Assembly (NCBI GenBank): GCA_013239625.1
Contig: MU054391.1
Span: forward strand, 5,601,824-5,665,823
Direction: 5' to 3'
DNA length: 64,000 bases
Origin: Lama guanicoe
Taxonomy: Eukaryota
The notes under the pieces are model-generated. The model made no database searches, was not told the origin of the DNA, and was given only the letters and a program-made list of their open reading frames with translations. The translations under genes and the position numbers were made by a program. Shown one piece after another: positions 52,181 to 64,000 of this stretch (its first letter is position 1; the number at the start of each line of letters is the position of its first letter).

Positions 52181-53234
52181 CTCCAGTGCTTGCCATGTGC
52201 TTGGCATTGTCTGGGTGCTGGGCCCAATGGACAAGATGCAGAGCAAGGGCCTCTAATCTTGGAGGCCTTTCCTTTTTAGGGGCGAGAGGAGGAGGCCATG
52301 GGAGGAGGTGTGTATGAAGATCACGTGGCTTTAGCCTTCACAGGCTCCAAAAACTGCCAAGAATTGAGCTGGCTGTGAGCTCTCACAGGGCAGAATCCTT
52401 GTCCTTTACTTTGTACTTCCAGGGCCTAGCACTTAGTAGGTGCTCAGTGAACTCTGCTGAATTAATTGATTCTGCCCTCAAGAGGAGGCCCAACAAAAAT
52501 TGGAATGTAGGGAACAGTCTGCACTGAAAATGTTACAGTAAGAAGCAATCAGCAAAGCTGCCGGTGAAACGGCGTCCCCCTCCCCTCTCTCTTCCTGTCT
52601 ATCTCTATGGTGACCATTACTAGGACTGGTCAAGGTCATCTGTGGTCAACCAAGCAGCAATACCCCCAGGGATTCCAGCAGCTGCATCTTGGGTGATACT
52701 ATTGCTTGAAGATCTTCTGTATTTCCCATTATGAATTTCTTTGCATGATAGCAAAGTCTTTTGCTAGTGTACATATGATAAAACAAAAACATTAAACATA
52801 TGCTTAAGAAAGAAAAATAAACCGCCCCTTGGCCACAGGATGGGTTTAGTGTTCGCATTTCCCTTCCAGCCTTTGTCTTATATGCAGCATATTTCATACT
52901 CACTGGTAATGACAGTGAACATACAATTTTGTATTCTGCTTATACTGCTTTCTTTTTTTTAAGCATTTGCTTTTTCATATCGATTCTGTGCTTGGGGCCA
53001 ATCTTTGTTGGCACATCAGCTATCCTTTTAAGAGCATGTCACTGAAAAGACAATGGGAGATGTTTTCCTTGCTTGTATTGGGTGTCTGTGAAACGTTTTG
53101 TTTTCCAGAGTTCTACAGACTAATGAGTTAACACAAGAACAGAACAGACTTTTCATACAGATTACTTGTTCTCTAAATGGGGTGCTCTGTCTGTACAGGA
53201 GGAAAATTCCCACGTGAATTGAGAAGACACAGCA

Positions 53235-53400
53235 TTGGTGGTGTAGCCCAACCAGCCAGGCTTGGAATCCTGGGCTTGTCACTAGCTGTGTGACCTTGGG
53301 TCACTTACCTAATTCTCTGGTCCTCAGGATCTAGCTCCATACAGTAAGGACAGTAGCCTCTGTCTCAGCGGGCTGGGGAGAGGATTATGCAAGATGTAGA
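53235..53400 (+). mobile_element. MIR
   Basis: gaatcctgggcttgtcactagctgtgtgaccttgggtcacttacctaattctctg. Confidence 0.65.
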
Positions 53401-54260
53401 CTGGGCTTTGACCCTTAGAGCATATGGTCTATACATGTGACCATTTAAGTGTAGTAGGGTGCTCCCCGGGTCATACTGGGATTGACCTTGAGGAAGCCTC
53501 TCTGAGCCTTGGTTTGTACAGAAAGTGAAAGGGGAAAACAGAAGTTCCAATGAGACTGGACAATATAATGAAAACAAAAGTGCTTTGTTATTTAAGATGT
53601 CTGTCCATCCATCTGGTCCTCCACCATCTTCCTGTGTCTCTTTTCCCTGGTCCTAGTGTGAGGAGTGGAAGTTCGGGGGCGGGGCGAGGGGCTGTGTAAT
53701 GTGCTCCAAACTGGAACCAGAGCAGCCACCAACTATACTGGGCCAGGAACTTCCAGGGCCTCCCTCCCTGGGCCCAGCTCCAAGCCCTGGGGCGCTGGGC
53801 CGAGCCGCACCGGCTCTCCTTGCTGTCACCTTCACCGTGCACTGCTCTGCCTGCAGGGTCCAGTTCTCTGGGAGCTTGAGTGGAGATGCTGAGAGATTCC
53901 ATCCAGAGCCAGCCTTCCCAACAGCAGCGAGCGGTGCCGGCTCGGGGGTGGGCCGAGGACAGCCCAGCCTAAGGCCGGGCTGGAGGGGAAAGCGCAGCGG
54001 CAGGTCCGGTAGGAACGCCTTGCAAGTGTTGGTGGAAAGTCATCTGCCCCCCCTCCTTCCTTATCTGATCCTTCCACTTTCTTTCCTCCTCTCCTCTGCC
54101 CTACTTTCCTCATGTGTTTCACAAGGCTTATTGCCACAGGACTTCGCTGATACAGTCGGCGGCCTCCTCTGCGGTCTGCAAAGCAGAGGTGGGGCGGGGG
54201 GGGTGGGGTGGGGTGGTTCACTCCAAAGTTCTAAATATTTTTGAGAAACTTAAACTTTTA

Positions 54261-54506
54261 TTATTTTTTATTTTTATTCAAGTATAGTTTATTTACAGTG
54301 TTGTGTTAGTTTCTGGTGTACAGCATAGTGATTCAGTTATACATATGTATTTTTTTTCATATTCTTTCATTATAGGCTATTACAAGATATTGAATAGAGT
54401 TCCCTGTGCTCTGCAGTAGTTCTGGCTGTTTATCTATTTTATATATAGTAGTTAGTATTTATAGTCGTTAGTAGTATATTTGTTTTCTGTGTCTGTGAGT
54501 CTTGTT
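54261..54506 (-). mobile_element. L1 3' end with perfect 17-bp TSD
   Basis: TSD agaaacttaaactttta at 54244-54260 and 54507-54523. Confidence 0.9.
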
Positions 54507-57500
54507 AGAAACTTAAACTTTTAATACAAAGCAAAATCAATTATCAAGTTTTGAGCCACCTCTCTTGCAAAAATAAATTAAAAAAAAAACTGCTTCTGGA
54601 GGGAAAGGAAACCAGGAAACCGTTTACTTCTGATCTCAGACTTTGAGGTGAGAACTGCAGATCTGACCTCAGTTCCTCCATGGGGCTGTCTCGGGGATGG
54701 TGAGTGTGAGGTCCACACCCTGTCACACACACCCCCTTCCCCGGAGCTTGACCTTCTGCCTCACCCAGACAGAACCCAGGGAAGCTACCCAAGGTGGTCA
54801 GATCCACAGTGGGTGCTCAGTGACTTTCCCTTTCAAAGGCTTTTTTATTGAGGTACCACCGAGCACACTTCTGACGGCTCCTCCTTCGTGAAGCTCCGGG
54901 CACTGTGTGTTAGTTTCACTTTTCACACTCCAGTGTGATTTGACATCTGCAGGTCTGGCTTCCTCATTGGGTCCAGCTCCATGAAGGCAGACACTGTTTG
55001 ATGGGATGTAAAGTAAAGCTGCTTTTCCCTTGCTCAGCCTCCATCCCTCTCCTGGGACAGTCTCTTGGTTCCTCTGGTGGAACTGTCAATCAATGGGCCC
55101 CTTCCCTCCCAAGCCAAATCACTTAGAAGCCCCTTCCCTGGTGTTTGGATTTGAGCGGGACTACCAAAAGACTGGAAAAGACTGAAGCATGGGGGATTTG
55201 ATGAGCCTGTCCTCTCAGAAGCTTGGTTCTTTAGCTCTTCCATCAACACTGTGAGTTACCCCACAGACAGAGGTTACTTCCATTGCTTACATGTTCCAGG
55301 ATTAATATGGTATTCCTCCTTAAGTCCCTCCACCCTCCACTCTCCACCCACTGATGAGTGGATTTAAAAACTAATTTATTATTCAATCCTATTTAAACAT
55401 GGTCTGATCTGTTCAATTAATTGACCTCTTTAAGAAATTGTTTTTCATTTGGATAAGATGCTCATCTGAGTGAAAAAGACTCCAAATATGTCACTGTGGA
55501 GTTTGGGTGTCTGGAGGAGACTTCCACAGAGAGATTTGAATCAGGGTCTTCAGCATCTTGCTGGGACCACAGGGATCACTGCAGAGAGGATATCCCAGGT
55601 GATCTGGGTGTGAAACCCTAGGAGAATGGAGCAATGTTTAACCCCGACAGTTCCAACTGAGGAATCTTTTGATAACGGAACACAAGACGAAGTCACGGAT
55701 GAGAGGGGGCTTCCATTCAGCTCTGGAATGAATCATTTCCCTGCTTAGTGACAAGGAGGTCAATGACATGTCTCCCGACCCCTGTGGCTGTGACAGACGT
55801 TTATAGGGGAAGGTTTTCAAAATTGTTCCCGTTAGAAGAGAGTGCCTGGAGTCAGACCCCATCAGCACCTCAGCCTCACGTGGATCCCCAGTCACAAACA
55901 GAAATGGAAATATCCAGGACAGGAGGACAGTGGGTCAAGTCTGTGCCTTGGAGACAGAACTTGGCAGACAGAAAGAAGGAGACCTCTCTTCAGTTAACGC
56001 TGCCAACACCATCGAATATTCTAACAGCATGGACTTTGTGGCGCTGGGATGGATCAAGCACAAAGAGAGTGATGAGAAAAGCAAATCTGGGTCGGAACCA
56101 GGGAAGATGACTCCAGATGCTCCCTGTTGGGGATTTAAGCGATATTTTGGGGCTTAAATTGGCCGATAACTCCAGACTCCCTCTGGAGTGATATTTTTAT
56201 TTTACATGTGTGTTTATATGTAAGATTACATCTGCAATGATGTTTGTATTCATTTCTGCAGCTGAACTCGGATCTCTATACAAAGTCCAAAGTGCAAGAA
56301 CCTCTGTAGAAATTGTCCTGGCAAAGATATAGGCTGCTGTTTCCTTTTCTGGAGGGGAGCCTGGGAAGATAAAGTCTGTTAAGACAGGCCATGCCCTGGC
56401 CTAGCTCAAGACTGGCACGCATTTGCTCTCCTTGGGTTGGTGCCAGCCCACGTCAGAGCATTCAGTTTGCCGACTGGCAGGTCCTTCTTGGGGGTCATTG
56501 GCAGAACCTGAGGCCTGAGTGCAGATGGTGAGGTCCCAGTGGGCCCGGCCACATCCAGCTTGTGAAGACTTGAGCCCAAGGGCTGGACAGTTGCCTGGAG
56601 GTGGTTCTTGGTTTAGAATGTGTAGATTTGATACTATAATCAGCAAATTGGCACTCTTATGCCCTGCTGGCTTCAACTCTCAAAGGTTTTGTTTACTCAT
56701 GAATACAAAAGGAGATGTTTACTTACAAAGTAAACAGTTTTATATAGTTGAGCAAACACCAACAGAACATTTCATAGACTCTTTGGTTGGCTCCAAAGAC
56801 TCTTGAATGCTCTTATTTTACAGAAGGAACCGTGAAACTCATGAATGAATGAATGGATGAATGAATGAATGAAATATATTTTGAGCCCCTACTTCTGCTT
56901 CTGAGCCTCATCTGCCTAAGCTGCCTGGACTTCTTGGCTTCAGCTGCACCCAGCTTTGCATAACACCCCCTCCCACAGGCAGCCCCCCAGCCTCACCCCG
57001 GCTCCCAGGCAGGTCCTCTCTGGTTCCCAATTCAACTTCCACTCCCAGACTTCAGATTTCTCTTTCTGAGAACGTCTCTCAGAGCCTCCTTGTCAGCACA
57101 TAGAGATATAAGTTTTCATTTTCTCACCATGACTGATTTAAGGCACTCTGAGTCTTGAATTAGAATCACTCCCTTGATACTCTTTAATCCTTCGTAATAC
57201 CCTTCTGGGCAGCCATCGCCATGGGGACAAGGCCATTAGTTATTCTCTGGCCGTGACACAAAGTAGCTGATGGATTTCTCACAGGCCTTGTCACTTTTTT
57301 TTTTTCTTAAGGGGCTAAATGCCATTGTGGCAGTCCAGCAAGTAGCAAACGTCACTACAAATGTTTACTTTGCAGAATTTCAATCAATTTAAGTGTAACT
57401 TTCCTAAAATGTGCTTTTTTTTTTTTTAAGTGAAGGACACCAGCATGTTGTACCCTGGCCTGCTACATACAAGAGGGCCTTCGTTAAGGGTGGCAGAGAT

Positions 57501-58009
57501 AGGGCTGGGGCCGGCCGCCAAGTGCCCTGATGTGTGACCAGATCAGGACTGCTCGGCAAGGTCACAAAACCCCATCCACTCTCGTATGATCTGTGTTTTC
57601 CTTGGTTGGGATTTTTTTCCCCCCATATTTGTGTGTCAGGCCATCTCAGTGTCACTGAATTCTATTTATCACTTAATACTTTTCTATTTTAAAAGAAAAC
57701 TTTCTGTCAATACTCTTCATGCTAACTATATTTATTCTGAGAAACATAAAAATGTTAGAATAAAAAAAGTTCATCCGTGTATCACCTAAAATCATTTCAC
57801 ATCCTGCTAATGCTGTGAACATACCTCAAGTGGGTAAACAGTGTGATCATTGCAGTAACAGAAGTTTGACAATGTGTGGATCCAGTAAAGAGGAAATGAA
57901 AAATGACACTACCCAGAGTCCATCTCCTGGGCTTCACTTTTATTTTAAGAATGTTGTAGCTCCACCTTATGATATATCCCACATTAAGTAATATATATAT
58001 ATATACACT

Positions 58010-59165
58010 CTATTTTTTTAGAGTAGTTTTAAGTTCACAGCACAATTGGGAGGAAAGTATAGAGATTTCCCAAATACCCCTGCCTCCACCCCAACCCCTT
58101 GCACAGCCTCCCTCATTATCAACATCCTCCACCAGAGGGTACATTCATTATGATTGATGAGTTTACACTGACTCATCATAATTACCCAAAGTTCATGGTT
58201 TATAGCAGGGTTCACTTTTAGTGTTGTACGTTTTATGGGTTTTGACAAGTATATAATGGCATGTATCTGCCATTGTGTATCATACAGAATATTTTCACTG
58301 CCTTAAAAACCCTCTGTGCACTGCTTATCCATCTCTTCCTTCCCCCAACCCCTGGAAACTACTGATTTTTTGTTTTACTGTCGCCATAACCTTGCCTTTC
58401 CCAGGGTGTTATAGAGTTAGAATCATGCAGTGTGTAGCCTTTTCAGATTGGCTTCTTTTGCTTAGGAATATGTACTTAGGTTTCCTCCATGTCTTTTCAT
58501 GGCTTGATAGCTCATTTCTTTTTAGTGCTGAATAATATTCCATTGTCTGGATGTGCCACAGTTGATTTATCCATTCACCTACTGAAGGACATCTTGGTTT
58601 GCTTCCAAGTTTTGGCGGTTATGAATAAAACTGCTATAAACATCTGTGTGCAGGTTTTTGTGTGGACATAAGTTTTCAACTCATTTGAGTAAATACCAAG
58701 GAGTATGACTGCTGGATCATGTGGTAGAAGTATGTTTAGTTTTGTTGGAAACCATCAAACTGTCTTCCAAAGCGGCTGCACCATTTTCCATTCCCACCAT
58801 CAGTGAATGAGAGTTGTTGAAGTTTCACATCCTTGCCAACATTCCGTGTTGTCAGGGTGTTCGATTTTAGCCATTCTAACAGGTATGTGATGGTACCTCT
58901 TCCTTGCTTTACTTTGCAATTCCCTAGTGATGGACGATGTTGGCATCTTTTCATATGTTAATGTTTGCCGTCTGGACATCTTTGGTGAGGTGTCTGCTCA
59001 GATCTTTTGCTTATTTTTTAATTAGGTTGTTCTTTTTCTTACTGTTGAGTTTGATGAATTCTTTGTATATTTTGATTAACAATCCTTTATCAGATACGTC
59101 TTTTGCAAATATTTTCTCCTAGTCTAACTTGTTTTCTCATTCTCTTGATGGTAACTTTCACAAAG
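58010..59165 (-). mobile_element. L1MC-like fragment (3' UTR and ORF2 end)
   Basis: tttttagagtagttttaagttcacagcacaattg...gctgcaccattttccattcccaccatcagtgaatgagag...ttttgcaaatattttctcc. Confidence 0.88.
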
Positions 59166-60538
59166 CCACATTAAGTATTTGATGTTGAGTTTTGTTAAGA
59201 ACATTTAATTCTTGTAATTTAAACTTAAAAAATTATTTAACTCTGTAACTTGAACGATGGATGATCAGTTGATATAATGCTATGCTTTTATTAAATTTTT
59301 AAACATTTTTGATTTTTGTCATCTTCAAGAGTTAGTATCCTTTTTCTGATTGCACACATTTTAATAAAACCTTGGAGAACCTGTCGACCCTTTGTGTCTG
59401 GGCCGTAACAGATAAAATGGTTCTGTCTTTGACAACAAAGATGATCTTGGCTTAATGCTTCGCAGATGTTGTAAGGTATTCATCAGGGTCTTTTAGGATT
59501 CGCATTGGTGGTGATAGACTATTTGAACTGGAAGTGCTCTTAAAACTCATCAAATCCAATCTTCCGGTTTCCTAGTAAACGAAGCTGAGGCCCAGAGAGA
59601 GGCAGTGACTTGCTGTCATTGTTGCCATCACCATTGATCACCATAACCACCTACCATTTATCTAACGCCATCCAAGGGTGCGTATCTGAGGCTACAGAGA
59701 AGAATAAGATAAGGTCTTGCCCTCAAAGAGTTTGCAATCTGTTGAGATGATTGGCCTTGCAGGGAGTTAGCAGTGAGCTCCGACTAGAGCCCAGGTCTCT
59801 CTCTCGATCCCAGGGCAGTGTTTCTCCCGTTATACTGTGGCCTCTTCTATCTCCACAGCCATGTGGGGGTAGGTGTTATTATGCGGTAGGACAATTAGCC
59901 CTGTAGAACCTTACAGGTGAAATGATTATGTCCTTGACCGCAATGGTGATCTTGGCTCAATGCCAAGTACAGGTGTTGGGGTGTGATCCCAGCCGAGTGC
60001 CAGACAAGATGAGTCATAAAACATGCCCAGGGAAGGATCTCATAGGCCTGGCGCAGGTCAGGTGTCCACTTTGGGGCCAGTCATCTGTAGCCATAGAGTC
60101 ACTAAGAGTATGGAATCTCCTGCTGGAACCAAGTGGTTGAGGAGCAGATCTCAAAAGGAGGGGTGCTTTTCAGAAGAAGGGGGAGGAGCCATGCAAATGA
60201 ACTCCAGTAAGCCATCCTCTTCAATTACAGAAGCTCTTTCAGAAAGACACTAAAGATGTTTAAAGAAGAGAGAGGTTCTGCCCCCTTGGGGATCAGGGAT
60301 GGCACACTAGACATGGCATTTAAGATGAAAAGTGAAGAGGGAGTATGTTTGTGAAGGCCCAGGGGCAAGAAAGCAAAGGGCAAAGCCACACAAAGAAGGT
60401 AGTTAAGTTTGTCTGGAAACTAAACTGGATACAAGAAAGGAAACAGTGAGTAGGAGGTGAGGTTGCAAAGTCAGAAAGGGGCTAAATCCTGGCAAACTGG
60501 ATGCCAGAATTTGGGCTTTCGTTTGCAGCCACTGGGCA

Positions 60539-60700
60539 TAGGATTTGCCAGATAAAATACAAGATGCCTGGTTAAATTTGAACTTCAGATAAACAGCAAA
60601 TAATATTTGCAAGGATATACTTATACTAAAAATGTATTCATCTGAAATTCAAATTTAACTGGGCATTCTGCATTTTTATTAGCTATACCTGGCAGTCCTA
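60539..60700. mobile_element. MER53 palindromic DNA-transposon relic (internally deleted)
   Basis: Ends taggatttgccag / ctggcagtccta; internal inverted arms 60564-60590 and 60640-60666. Confidence 0.8.
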
Positions 60701-61965
60701 ACTGGCTAGCTAATGAAAGGTTTTGAACCAAGATGTGCTATTGATTCAATTCAAACTCCAGTACTTCTTATGTGTAGAATCTTGGGCAATGAAAACTGAT
60801 GCCCATTACAAGTTAGGCTTTGCCAGCTATCAGGTTTCTTTGAATCTCCACCGTGGAGCGGGAGCGTTAAGTGCACTCTTAACGTCTTACTGCTCTCAGC
60901 TCTGGAACATCCATCCTTTGTCAGGGTGGTAACTCAATTGGAGCCATAGAATTCAATTAACCAGGTGCCCCGTTCCCCTGAGCATGACTCAGGAGTCGAA
61001 ATCCTTGGGCTTGCTGACATCACTCATGATTTATTCCCCCATTGAGCCTGGATATATACACAGGCAGAGATTAACGAAAAGAATCATGTATTTGCCAAAA
61101 AAAAAAAATCACATATTTGTAAAGTGTCACCTGCTCTGTGGCTCCCCATCCTTCTTCCGTGGCCGAGCAGTCACAGGGCCAGGCCACATGGCCCTGGGCT
61201 TCCTGGACAGCTGTGAAGATGGAGCTCATCAGCCTTCTACAGCCCGGCCCCTGGGGGAGCTGTTACGAGCACACCCAAGAGCAAACTCTCTCAGCAATTT
61301 TCACTTATGGCAGCACTGAGTCGGCTGGGAAAACACATCCTCCTACAGAGCAGTTCCAATGACCTGATCTCAGCTTCTGGTTCTTCTCTTCCCAGCCCTT
61401 CACACCTTCCCCATCACAGTAAGAAGAAAAAAAAAACCCAACCAAGAAAGGGATGCAGTTTGTGATCTTGCTCCAATATTCCTAGAAGGTGCCAGAAGCA
61501 GCCAGAAATGGCTTCCTTCAAGAGGCCTCCACTTTGATGGCAACCCCAGCGACTCCTTCGTCAGAACTCCTGGTAGGTGGTGCAGCTGCCCATCCCCATG
61601 GAGGTCCCACAGCCCTACACGCTCCGGCCCTTCTACAGCCTGCCTCCCTCCGCGTGCCACAGCCACCGCAAGCTCCTGTGAACGCTGTCTGTTCAGCCTA
61701 GAGACTCCCACCTGCCCTCACTGAGCCTTCAGATCTCAGCTCCTCCAAGAGGGGACAACCTCCATCTCCTCCAGCCAGGGATGGCTGTGCCCACTGTCTC
61801 TCTCAAAACGCTGTACCCAACCTGCCTGTTTATGCTCCTGTCCTAAAGGTGGGGCTGCTCAAGTTCAGAGTGTGTGACCTTCATCTCTGTTCTTGCAGTG
61901 TCTAACATGGTGCAAGGTAGCAGGTGCTCAGTACCAATTTCAAATTGGTTTAAAAAATAATTCCA

Positions 61966-62173
61966 GATTTGCAGATACTAACTACTATCTATAACAAAAA
62001 CAGCAAGTTTATACTGTATAGCACAGAGAACTAAATTCAATATCTTGTAGTAACCTATAATAAAAAAGAATATGAAAACAAATATATATATGTACATGTA
62101 TGATTGAAACATGATGTTGTACACCAGAAATTGACACAAAATTGTAAACTGGCTATACTTCATTAAAAAAAAA
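61966..62173 (+). mobile_element. 5'-truncated L1 3' end (~208 bp)
   Basis: L1 terminus with poly-A; TSD core aattcca at 61959-61965 and 62174-62180. Confidence 0.85.
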
Positions 62174-62486
62174 AATTCCAACATGGCAGAAGGGGATAAA
62201 GCAAAAAATAAATAATGTTCCTCATCACTTCTGAGCCCTACTCCTCAGAGGTCTTTCCAGATATTTAGTGTGCAAATGAGCCCATAGTGTATGAGCGGGT
62301 GTGCATGCCCCCGGTCATGTGATGCACACTGGTCCATGCTGTCTCTCACTTGTTATTCAAGTATCGTAGACAGCTTTCCATGTCAGTATGTACAGACCTG
62401 TCTCTTCCTATTCCTTCTGTCCACAGAATAATACACCATAATGTAAGTGTAGAAAAAAGTACTTACATGATCCCATATTCATGAAT

Positions 62487-62750
62487 TTTTTTGAATTGAA
62501 GTATAGTCATTACAATGTTGTCAGTTTCTGGTGTACAGTCAATTATGTTTCAGTCCTATATGTACATGTATATATTTGTTTTCATATTCTTTTTCATTAT
62601 AGGTTACTACGAGATATTGAATATACTTTCCTGAGCTATACAGTATAAATTTGTTTATCTGTTTTATATATAGTAGTCAATATCTGCAAATCTCAAACTC
62701 CTCATTTATCCCTTGCCACTGCCTTCCCCATCTGGTAACTATAATTTTGT
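62487..62750 (-). mobile_element. 5'-truncated L1 3' end (~264 bp)
   Basis: TSD ttcatgaat at 62478-62486 and 62751-62759. Confidence 0.85.
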
Positions 62751-64000
62751 TTCATGAATATTTCAGTTGATTTTTTTCCCCTGGATATTCAAAAGTATGC
62801 TGTATGGATAGTCTTCTTTTTTATACGTACCTTTCTGCTCTTGTGCAGGGATAGTTATAAGATAAATTTCTAAAAATGAAACTTCTAAGACATGGAAAAG
62901 GTATTTGGAATCTGTCAGATGCTCTCCAAAAGGATGGCAACATACTAAATTTCTATGTACAGCATGTGTCTCTTTCTAGAAACTCTTACTATCACGATGT
63001 ATAGTCAACTTTTGTAATTTTTATCAGTCTGAAAAATATAATTCACTGCCCTGACTGGCACTAATTTAATTATGAGCAAAGTTGTGTTTTTTTATTGTTC
63101 GATTATTTATATTTATTTTTTATGAACTGTTTAGTTACAGTATCGTTTGTCCATTTTCATATTTGGTTATCTTTCACTTTCACATTGATTTGTAGAAGTC
63201 CTTTCAATTTTAAGGACAATTGTCTATGTTCATTTATATTGTAACATTTCCTCAGTTTGTTGTTTATTTCTTCCCTCCTTTTTCAGGATCTCATCAATTA
63301 TTAATTATTCCTTTCTTCCTTGCTTGTTTATTTTAACCACACCAATTTTTCAGTACAGTAATCAAATCTACTCATCTTTTCTGGCTTCTGAGAATATATG
63401 CTTATTAAAAAGACATGAACAAATGAAAGAATAAACAAACACCTGTGGCACTCATTGTTTGCACCCTCCGCACAGTGAGGGTCCTGCGCAGGAGGGAGAA
63501 GCCAGCCCAGCCTTAGGGCCAGTCTGGGTCTGAGGCTGGGAGAATCTGAGGAGCTGTGAACTGTGTCACCACAGGGTGGACATCTGGTGGACCTTCACTG
63601 ACACCTCCTTCTCTCCCTCCTTACGGCCCCCGGGCTGAGGGCTGGGAAGACGGAAGGATGCTGCATTCCTGCCTTCAGGTCCGCAGTGGTGAAGCTGTGG
63701 CTGGCACAGCACCCTGGGGGTCGGGCCAGCCCTGCCTACCCACCTCCAGGACAGGCTGTTTGCTGAGCCCTCTTGTTTCCTGGGCCTGGGTCCTTTCCTG
63801 ACCATATCTCTCCTGCTCTGGCCCTCTCCAGCCAACCTGCCTTCCATCTCCACAGGGGCATTGTTCTGCATCTGAACCCCAGACTCACACTCGGAGCCCC
63901 AGCCCCTACCAGCCTGGTAGCCTCCCGCCTGCCTTTCCCTCAAAGTGGCATGTCACTGTCAAGGCTCAACGACACTCTCCCCACATTTTGCCTGATTAGT

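Noticed and set aside
55748..56157. Protein-like ORFs, possibly a pseudogene
   Set aside because: No family recognised, non-ATG starts, and no poly-A or TSD seen

Overview
Mammalian genomic DNA, probably camelid judging from six tRNA-Ala-like SINEs that resemble the camelid vic-1 family (my recognition, not a database result). The left ~35 kb holds the complete YWHAQ (14-3-3 theta/tau) gene on the minus strand. It has a CpG-island promoter, a non-coding exon 1 and five coding exons (294+124+164+96+60 = 738 nt, 245 aa + stop, all GT-AG introns). Intron 2 is 25.8 kb and the ~1.3 kb 3' UTR carries several poly(A) signals. The right ~29 kb is upstream intergenic DNA with no recognisable gene; it contains L1, L2, MIR, MaLR/ERVL LTR and DNA-transposon relics plus simple repeats. 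I found no clearly new biological system. The best leads are: (1) a perfect 19-bp inverted repeat bracketing ~1 kb; (2) a possible stop-free 384-nt exon 3-5 circle flanked by inverted SINEs; (3) a 213-bp pure-purine GAA tract grown inside a SINE insertion; (4) a scrambled, twin-primed-like L1; (5) independent L1 3' ends truncated at nearly the same point. Repeat family names and boundaries are by eye and approximate.
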